NCBI GenBank assembly: GCA_046075565.1
Contig: JBJTQJ010000052.1
Coordinates: 64,001-128,000, forward strand
Source of the DNA: Verrucomicrobiales bacterium
GTDB taxonomy: Bacteria; Verrucomicrobiota; Verrucomicrobiia; Verrucomicrobiales; SLCJ01
DNA length: 64,000 nt
Reading direction: 5' to 3'
Part shown: positions 57,194 to 64,000 of the stretch, piece after piece
How the letters are laid out: each line of letters opens with the position of its first letter
Position numbering within the stretch: position 1 is the first letter of the stretch
The notes under the pieces: model-generated
The model's database searches: none
What the model saw: the letters and a program-made list of their open reading frames with translations, nothing else
What the model was told of the DNA's origin: nothing
Position numbers and translations under genes: made by a program

Positions 57194-58225
57194 TTATCGG
57201 GTGAGTGGTCCGAATCCGCGGAAGGAGCCGGAATCGAGCGGGGGTTCTTCCGGCAAGAGTTCGTCGGAGTGGAGATGACGATCACAAATACCATGGAATT
57301 CTTCCGGCGTGCTGGCGCGGCGGATCTCATGGAGAAAGACATTGCCCTCGCTCACGCCATCGGCCGTGAAGTTGAGGAACTTTTTCATCGCCTGCACGAG
57401 ACGGTTCTCCGGTGTGCCGGGGATCCGCAAGACATCCCAGAGGGTTTGGATATAGCCCCGCAGGTCGCGCATGGTTGGCGCGGGTGCGGGGATGCCCTCA
57501 CAGTGGCTGCGGATACGCTTGAACAACCACGGATCGCGGATGGCACCGCGCCCGATCATCACGCCGGCCGCGCCCGTGCGCTCCCAGAGAGCGAGTGCGG
57601 TGCGGGTGGAGACCGCATTGCCATTGGCGATGACCGGGCAGGGCATGGTCTCGACGGCGATGCGGATGGCATCGAGATGCACCGGCGTCGCATACCCATC
57701 GCGCACCGTGCGCCCATGCACGGTCAATCCATCGATGGCATGGCGGCGGAAAACATCTAACAAACGCGGAAATTCTTCCTTGCTCTCGTAACCGACGCGG
57801 GTCTTTACCGTGAAGGTTCCTTGCAAGGAGTCGCGCAGAGTTCCGATGATGCGGTCGACATGTTCGGGTTGGCGGAGCAGGCCGCCGCCTGCATCCTTGC
57901 GGCAAACGACAGGGGCCGGGCAACCGAGGTTGAGGTCGATGCCGGAAGCTCCGCGCTTTTCCATTTCCACGGCCACCCGCACGAGGTCGGGAATGGAGCG
58001 TCCGATCATTTGCGCCACTACAGGCTGGCCGGTCGGGTTTTCTTCGAAACATTTCGCCACCGCCGGATCGACGCGCGCGTTCTCATAGACGCGGGTGTAT
58101 TCGGTGACATACCAATCCGGATCCCCATAGGCATGCATGACCCGCAGGAAGGCATGATGGGTGACGTCCTGCATGGGTGCGAGCACCAGGGCGGGACGTT
58201 GGAAGCCGGGCAGCCACGCGCGCAT
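57194..58225 (-). CDS. tRNA-dihydrouridine synthase (Dus family)
   Basis: LAPM, IDLNLGCP, VKTR, VHGRT, ANG, VMIGRGA. Confidence 0.92.
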   Translation of the reverse strand: MRAWLPGFQRPALVLAPMQDVTHHAFLRVMHAYGDPDWYVTEYTRVYENARVDPAVAKCFEENPTGQPVVAQMIGRSIPDLVRVAVEMEKRGASGIDLNLGCPAPVVCRKDAGGGLLRQPEHVDRIIGTLRDSLQGTFTVKTRVGYESKEEFPRLLDVFRRHAIDGLTVHGRTVRDGYATPVHLDAIRIAVETMPCPVIANGNAVSTRTALALWERTGAAGVMIGRGAIRDPWLFKRIRSHCEGIPAPAPTMRDLRGYIQTLWDVLRIPGTPENRLVQAMKKFLNFTADGVSEGNVFLHEIRRASTPEEFHGICDRHLHSDELLPEEPPLDSGSFRGFGPLTR

Positions 58226-58260
58226 GGGAGGTTGCGGGGCGGAGGGTTGGAACGGGTGTC

Positions 58261-59193
58261 TTAGTGCACCCCGCGCGCGGCGAGCCAACGCTCGCAATCG
58301 AGCGCGGCGGCGCAGCCTTGTCCGGCGGCGGTGATGGCCTGACGGTATACGTGATCGGCCACGTCACCGGCGGTGAAAAGACCGTCCACGCTCGTCATCG
58401 TGCCCTGCTTCTGCAGGATGTAACCGTTCTCATCGAGGTCGGCGAGGTTGGCAACAAACGCGCTATTCGGCACATGGCCGATGGCGACGAAAACGCAGGC
58501 GACTTCCAATTCCGACTCGGCTCCGGTCTTCAAGTTTTTCAGAGTCACAGCGCGCATTTTTCCTTTTTCATCGGGCAAATAGGCGCTGATGGTGGAATCC
58601 CAGATCGGTTCGACCTTTGGATTGGCGAGCGCGCGCTCGGCCATGATCTTCGAAGCGCGCAGAGTATCGCGGCGGTGAATCAGATAGACCTTGCTCGCAA
58701 ACTTGGTGAGGAAACCTGCTTCCTCGCAGGCGGAGTCGCCACCGCCGACGACACACACCGGCACATCGCGGTAAAAGGCTCCGTCGCAGGTCGCGCAGGA
58801 GGTGAGACCGCGCCCTATCAGTTCTTTCTCGTTCGGCAAACCGAGGTGGCGCGGGGCCGCACCCGTGGCCACAATCACCGAGCGGGATTCGAGCCAGTTC
58901 TCTTCCCCAATCTGCACGCGGAAATGTCCCTCGGGTGCTTTTTCGATCTTCTGCACGACCTGGTAATCCAATCGTGCGCCGAACTTCATCGCCTGTTCCT
59001 GCATCTTGAACATGAGGTCAGGCCCCATGACTCCTTCGGGAAAGCCGGGGAAGTTCTCCACCTCGGTGGTAGTGGTCAGTTGTCCGCCGATTTGGGTGCC
59101 CGCGATGAGCAGGGGATTGAGGTTGGCCCGGGCGGTATAAATGGCGGCCGTGAAGCCGGCGCAGCCCGTCCCGATGATGATGACACTTTCCAT
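58261..59193 (-). CDS. trxB: Thioredoxin-disulfide reductase
   Basis: GGQLTTTTEVENFPG, CATCDG, GGGDSA, YRQAITAAG. Confidence 0.97.
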   Translation of the reverse strand: MESVIIIGTGCAGFTAAIYTARANLNPLLIAGTQIGGQLTTTTEVENFPGFPEGVMGPDLMFKMQEQAMKFGARLDYQVVQKIEKAPEGHFRVQIGEENWLESRSVIVATGAAPRHLGLPNEKELIGRGLTSCATCDGAFYRDVPVCVVGGGDSACEEAGFLTKFASKVYLIHRRDTLRASKIMAERALANPKVEPIWDSTISAYLPDEKGKMRAVTLKNLKTGAESELEVACVFVAIGHVPNSAFVANLADLDENGYILQKQGTMTSVDGLFTAGDVADHVYRQAITAAGQGCAAALDCERWLAARGVH

Positions 59194-59392
59194 GCCGAAC
59201 CATGGCCGGGTCCGGGCCATCGTCAATGGCCGCATGCATTTCCCAGTGATTCATGCCCATCTTCCACCGGATTTTCTTCTGGCTGCCTATGAAGCAGTGC
59301 CACCGCACCTCCCCCGGCCGCCTCCGGTGGGGAAACCCCGCCCGGCCTCCGTTCCAGAGAAAAAAAAGACCACTTCAGCACGTAATAGGGGT

Positions 59393-60832
59393 ATGCCTTT
59401 CCATTTCTTTATAAAGCGGCAAGGCCGAGCGAGAGCCTCCCGGCCAAAATATCTGCCATTTTTCTCCGGCTTGCTCTGCCTCCCTCTTTTTATGTCTGTG
59501 TCTGCAGCGGCCCAGAACAAGGCAAAAGCCGATTGCCGAGCATCTTCGCCGCGATACACCCTCGTCGAATCGATTGACATTGCACCCGTGGTGTCCGATT
59601 TCCGGGTTGGCTTCGACCTGCTAACAACCTCCAGCCACCAGTTTGTCGCCTATTACGATGCCGAACGCCGCATGACGGTTTCCTCGCGCGCACTCGACTC
59701 CAAGGTTTGGACCCACCAGGTGCTCCCGTCGAATGTGGGTTGGGATTCGCACAATTACATCACCATGGCTCTCGACCCGGATGGTCATCTCCATGTCTCC
59801 GGCAATCTCCACTGCAATCCGCTTGTTTATTTCCGCACGCGGAAACCAGGCGACATCACGACATTACAAGCGGCTCCGATGACCGGCGAACTGGAGGATA
59901 AGGCCACCTATCCGCAATTCCTTCACGACGCGAAAGGACGGCTTGTCTTCACTTACCGGCATGGCAGCTCGGGCAACGGGATCAACATCTACAACCTTTA
60001 CGACACCGCGACCCGCACCTGGTCGCGTATGCTGGATACGCCACTTTTCGACGGCGAGGGGCTGCGCAACGCGTATCCGAGCCTGCCGACCTTCGGGCCG
60101 GATGGATGGTTCCACACCCACTGGGTCTGGAGAGACACTTCCGACTGTGCCACCAACCAGCATCTCTCCCATGCGCGCAGCCGCGACCTCCTCCACTGGG
60201 AGTCGATTTTCGGACAACTGGTCAAACTTCCGATCCGCTTCGACCAGCGCGAACTGATCGTGGATCCGATCCCGAGCGGCGGCGGGATCATCAATGGCGG
60301 CCATCGGCTCGCCTTTGATTCGAACAAGCGGCCACTGTTGGCCTACCACAAGGCGGATAAAGAAGGGAACATGCAGATCTATGTCGCCCGCGCTGGCAAG
60401 AACTCGTGGGAAAGCCATGTTCTAACAGATTGGAACACACCCATTCCCTTCGCGGGCGGCGGGACCATGCCGTTCATCGGCATCGCCATCACCCGCTTCG
60501 AACAAATCGCCCCGGGTATCCTTGGCGTTGGCTACAACCACAAGGAACACGGCTCGGGACTCCTGCAAATCGATGAGCGCACCCTCCAGCGGGTGGACAA
60601 GGATATCAAGCCGCCCCCGTCACTTCCGCCCGAACTCAAACGCCGGACCAGCACCTTTCCCGGGATGGGTATCCAACGGATTTCCGAGACCGATAAAACC
60701 GGCGGAGGCTTCACCTATTTGCTCCAGTGGGAATCGCTCGAGGCCAATCACGACCGCCGACCGGAACCACCCCTGCCCGCACCGAGCATGTTGCGCCTCC
60801 ACAAGCTGAAACGCACGGCCGGCACGGAGTGA
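59393..60832 (+). CDS. BNR-4 repeat secreted beta-propeller protein; start uncertain
   Basis: WDSHNY, HVSGNLH, TYP.F, YRHGSSGNG, WVWRDT. Confidence 0.8.
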   Translation: MPFHFFIKRQGRARASRPKYLPFFSGLLCLPLFMSVSAAAQNKAKADCRASSPRYTLVESIDIAPVVSDFRVGFDLLTTSSHQFVAYYDAERRMTVSSRALDSKVWTHQVLPSNVGWDSHNYITMALDPDGHLHVSGNLHCNPLVYFRTRKPGDITTLQAAPMTGELEDKATYPQFLHDAKGRLVFTYRHGSSGNGINIYNLYDTATRTWSRMLDTPLFDGEGLRNAYPSLPTFGPDGWFHTHWVWRDTSDCATNQHLSHARSRDLLHWESIFGQLVKLPIRFDQRELIVDPIPSGGGIINGGHRLAFDSNKRPLLAYHKADKEGNMQIYVARAGKNSWESHVLTDWNTPIPFAGGGTMPFIGIAITRFEQIAPGILGVGYNHKEHGSGLLQIDERTLQRVDKDIKPPPSLPPELKRRTSTFPGMGIQRISETDKTGGGFTYLLQWESLEANHDRRPEPPLPAPSMLRLHKLKRTAGTE

Positions 60833-60871
60833 AGAAGCGACACGGGGCCGATAACCCGTGGATACGGGCAT

Positions 60872-60914
60872 AAAAAAACCGATGGTCCGTCCGGGAAACG
60901 AACGAAACCACCGG
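60872..60914 (-). terminator. Rho-independent terminator
   Basis: CCGGTGGTTTCGTTCG-loop-CGGACGGACCATCGG followed by T7, just after the stop at 60930. Confidence 0.75.
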
Positions 60915-60929
60915 TGCGGAGAGCCGGCC

Positions 60930-61103
60930 TCATTCATCCGACTCGCTTACCTGGCCAAGGTATCGGTGGAGCGCCTCGCAAGTCTTGCGGCGCTCATGGC
61001 GGCGGGCTCGCGTCTTGGCGGCGCCATCGGAAAGGTCTTTTCCTTTACGGGAGAGCTTGCGGAAGCTCCCCATTCCTCCATTGGTGGTTTTGGTCAGGTC
61101 CAT
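60930..61103 (-). CDS. Small basic hypothetical protein (57 aa)
   Basis: A-rich leader before ATG, own terminator and candidate promoter; KTRARRHERRK. Confidence 0.65.
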   Translation of the reverse strand: MDLTKTTNGGMGSFRKLSRKGKDLSDGAAKTRARRHERRKTCEALHRYLGQVSESDE

Positions 61104-61154
61104 TTTTTTTGTTGTTTTCGTGCCCGCCACCATGGCGGGACAAATTTCAGGATT

Positions 61155-61171
61155 AGCATGGAGTCTGCCAA
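61155..61171 (-). promoter_or_regulatory. Putative sigma54 promoter
   Basis: TTGGCAGACTCCATGCT with exact GG-N10-GC spacing. Confidence 0.55.
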
Positions 61172-61337
61172 AATAGCGAGAAAATTCATTGCGCGGATTT
61201 TCCGTCCTGCCACAAATCCCCCAAGGACGGGGCGGGACTCCCCCGAATTCCCGGGGGAATTTTCATTTTCGCCCTTCTGGCACTTATCTTTGAACGCGGG
61301 GGGCCGCCGGTCTGGCGGGCATGGCCGGATTCCGGGC

Positions 61338-63173
61338 TCACGATTTGCCGCTGGCGCTTTTCTTGTTCTGGTCCACGAAGATCTGGATTTCCGCCTCGCG
61401 GGTGCCGAGGACTTCCTGGGCGCGTTGGAGGGCATTGCGGGTGGAGACGTTCGGGTTGCCGGTGGAATGGATGAAGACATTTCTCCGGTCGAGGCGTTCA
61501 AGGGTTCCGGCGTTCCGGAGGACACGATAGACACTCTTCGTGACACCGGAGATGAGCAGGTGGCGCCCTTCCGCCGTGACGGCGTCCATCAACTCCTCGA
61601 GGGCGAGCACGCTGGTGGCGTCGAGGTTGCGGGCGTTGCGGAGGCGGAGGATGATCACCTTGAGCATCGGGTCCTGCATGCTGCGCTGGATCTGATTGCG
61701 GAAAAGATCGGCGGCTCCGAAGAAGAGGTCGCCTTCGACATGGACGATGGCGATGGCCGGAATTCGGCGGCTGGTGGTTTCGGTCAGCGCTCCTTCTTCG
61801 TTAAATTCGTATTCGACCAGCTCGGGACGGGCGGCTTTCCTCAGGTAAAGCATGACGGAAACCGCGATGCCGGTGAAGATGGCGACGTAGAGCGGCACCA
61901 GCAGGGTGGCGAGCAAAGTGGCGACAACGGTGATGGCATCCGAGCCGGTGGCGCGCAAGCACACGCGGATCTGCCTGGGGTTGAACAATTTCCATGCCAC
62001 GGCGATGACGAGACCAGCCAGCACCGCTTTCGGGATCCACCCGACAAGAGGACCGATGGCGAAGGCGAGGCCCCCGCAAATGAGGCCGTTGATGAGCATG
62101 CTCAAGCGGGACTTGCCCCCGGCCGTGCGGGCGAGGGCGGTGCGGGTAAGCGAGCCAGAGGCTGGCAGCCCACCGACGCAAGCGCTGGCGAGGTTCGCCA
62201 TGCCGAGGCCATAGAAATCCTGGTCGAGATTTACCTTTTCCCCGCTGCGCCCGGCCATGCCCTTGACCGTGACCGAAGTCTCGAGCGAGGAAATGAACCC
62301 GAGGGCGAAGGCAAGCCCGAACAAGGCTCCGAGGTCGTCAAGAAGGTTGGGCGTGGGAACGGGCAACTTCGGGTGCAAATCGGAGGGCAAATAAGCACCC
62401 AGACGAGGCAAAGAGGCCACCATCGGCTGGAACATACCGACCCCTAGTGTCAACAAGGTGGCCACGAACATGGCGAGGGCAAAACACGGCCAGCGGGGCC
62501 GCCACCGGCTGAAGACTTCGTAAATGACCAAAGTCCCCGCGGCCACGCAGACGCTGGCCGGGTTTACTTCCGCCCATTTTTCCAAGAGCCGCCCGATCGT
62601 GCTGAAAAACGTGCGGGGAGCGACTTCACCGGGCCCGCTGAGGCTGATGGCAAACACGTCTTTCATTTGCGTGGCCATGATGAGCAGGGCGGCCCCGGAG
62701 AGGTAACCGATCATCACGCTTCGGCTGATGTATTGCACCAGTTCGGCGACGTGGAGGAATGCTCCGGAAACAAAAATCACCCCCAGTAGCACGGCCAGCC
62801 AGGGCATGAGTTCGGCTTGGCGCATGCCAAGCGCGGGGTAGGTGGCGAAGAAGCTGAAGACGGTGAAAGCGGTGGCGTTGGTGGGGCCCAAGGCGACAAA
62901 CCGCGACGCGCAGAACAACCCGGCCGCCATGGCGGCCACGGTGGCGCAGGCAATTCCTTGCGCCAGGCTCATGCCCGCGATGCTCGCGAAGGCCATGCCT
63001 TGTGGCAAGGCGAGAAGCGCCACGTTCAAGCCGGCGATGCCGTCCGCTTTCAAGTCCGCCCGCCCGTAACCAGACCATCCTTTGCGCGCGGGCAGCAAGT
63101 CCACCGTTTGTCCGGCGAAAAAGGCCCGGGCCTCGCGCCAAAGCAGCTTCAGTCTGGTTGTTCGTCTGGGCAT
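61338..63173 (-). CDS. SulP family anion permease with STAS domain
   Basis: DGIAGLNVALLALPQGMAFA, GPTNA, SGSLTRT, EGDLFFGAA. Confidence 0.93.
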   Translation of the reverse strand: MPRRTTRLKLLWREARAFFAGQTVDLLPARKGWSGYGRADLKADGIAGLNVALLALPQGMAFASIAGMSLAQGIACATVAAMAAGLFCASRFVALGPTNATAFTVFSFFATYPALGMRQAELMPWLAVLLGVIFVSGAFLHVAELVQYISRSVMIGYLSGAALLIMATQMKDVFAISLSGPGEVAPRTFFSTIGRLLEKWAEVNPASVCVAAGTLVIYEVFSRWRPRWPCFALAMFVATLLTLGVGMFQPMVASLPRLGAYLPSDLHPKLPVPTPNLLDDLGALFGLAFALGFISSLETSVTVKGMAGRSGEKVNLDQDFYGLGMANLASACVGGLPASGSLTRTALARTAGGKSRLSMLINGLICGGLAFAIGPLVGWIPKAVLAGLVIAVAWKLFNPRQIRVCLRATGSDAITVVATLLATLLVPLYVAIFTGIAVSVMLYLRKAARPELVEYEFNEEGALTETTSRRIPAIAIVHVEGDLFFGAADLFRNQIQRSMQDPMLKVIILRLRNARNLDATSVLALEELMDAVTAEGRHLLISGVTKSVYRVLRNAGTLERLDRRNVFIHSTGNPNVSTRNALQRAQEVLGTREAEIQIFVDQNKKSASGKS

Positions 63174-63643
63174 GGCGATTCTTCCCCGCCGGGCAAGGTG
63201 ACACCAAAGAAATCCTGCATCACCTGCCGGTAAACCGGTTGTTTAAATTCGGGCAGCCATTCGAGCCGGAATTCATGGGGTGCGATCCATTTGAACGAGC
63301 GGAATTCGGGATGGCTCGTCTTGAGGTTAATGTCGGCGTCGGTGCCGAGGAAGCGGCAGAGGTAGTAAGTCTGTTCTTGGCCGACATTGCGCCCGAAGCG
63401 CCGCATCGGTTTGGGGAACCGGTAACGGTATCCACCTTTCCGCATCACGATTTCGATCAGGCCCGGTCGCAAGCCGATTTCCTCGCCCAGTTCGCGCACG
63501 AGGGCATCGTCGGGATTTTCACCGCGATCCACGCCGCCTTGGGGAAACTGCCATGCGTTCCGATGGCGGATCCTTTCGGCAATAAGCAACCGGCCCTCGT
63601 GATTCACGAGAAGAGCGGCGACATTGGGGCGATAAATTTCCAC
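63149..63643 (-). CDS. rppH: RNA pyrophosphohydrolase (Nudix)
   Basis: YRPNV, WQFPQGG..GE....ALVRELGEEIG, GQEQ, FKQPVY. Confidence 0.85.
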   Translation of the reverse strand: MEIYRPNVAALLVNHEGRLLIAERIRHRNAWQFPQGGVDRGENPDDALVRELGEEIGLRPGLIEIVMRKGGYRYRFPKPMRRFGRNVGQEQTYYLCRFLGTDADINLKTSHPEFRSFKWIAPHEFRLEWLPEFKQPVYRQVMQDFFGVTLPGGEESPCPDEQPD

Positions 63644-63681
63644 GGCGAGATTTCTTCCTTCCTCTTTGGTCCGTTCATGGC

Positions 63682-64000
63682 ATGATGGCAAGTGAAATGC
63701 TTCGGATTCGGAGAATATCTTTCATTGGAGCGGCCATTTTTTTCGCGGTCTGGCTCGTTTGGTGGCTCCAACCCGAGCATCGGCTCCGCGCCAAGGCGGA
63801 AAATTTGCTCGAAGCCCTCGAGGATGCCGACCGCTCGGACCTCCAGAAATTGCTCGACTCCACCTACAGCGACCCCTGGCACGACAACCGTGACGAAGCC
63901 ATCGGCAATGCCATCGAGGCGTCGAAACAATTCTACAGCCTCAAAATCACGCCGATGGACTACCGCGTTGCCACCGGAGCGGATTTTTCGGGCACGGTCA
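63682..64000 (+). CDS. Hypothetical protein, possibly NTF2-like (3' partial)
   Basis: Open frame to window end: TM segment, then WWLQPEHRL...YSDPW. Confidence 0.6.
   Translation, partial: MMASEMLRIRRISFIGAAIFFAVWLVWWLQPEHRLRAKAENLLEALEDADRSDLQKLLDSTYSDPWHDNRDEAIGNAIEASKQFYSLKITPMDYRVATGADFSGTV

Noticed and set aside
60858-62447. 529-aa ORF on the + strand
   Set aside because: Opposite sulP and the small gene; no recognisable domain

Overview
High-GC bacterial chromosome segment, most likely Verrucomicrobiota (inferred from a PEP-CTERM protein, an H-X9-DG-type prepilin protein and an Amuc_1098-like secretin). Most of it is housekeeping or envelope genes: UGPase, lysC, nrdR, queA, hpt, trxB, dus, rppH, a Yej/Opp-type ABC transporter, SulP and glycosyltransferases. 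No rRNA, tRNA, CRISPR array or intact transposase was seen. Main highlights: (1) a cobalamin riboswitch upstream of a tightly coupled three-gene surface operon (PEP-CTERM propeller-like protein, secreted protein, pseudopilin) with no BtuB/BtuFCD in the window, a candidate non-canonical B12 capture system; (2) tandem NrdR boxes directly upstream of nrdR, whose operon holds an unannotated ATP-cone-like protein, a HIT hydrolase and a TPR protein; (3) a DinJ-YafQ-type toxin-antitoxin pair and a candidate nucleotidyltransferase toxin-antitoxin pair; (4) several REP/REPIN-like palindrome families, including a repeat cluster that truncates a LysR gene; (5) several single-base lesions that are either pseudogenisation or assembly errors. 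All family assignments come from motif recognition by eye; no database search was run.
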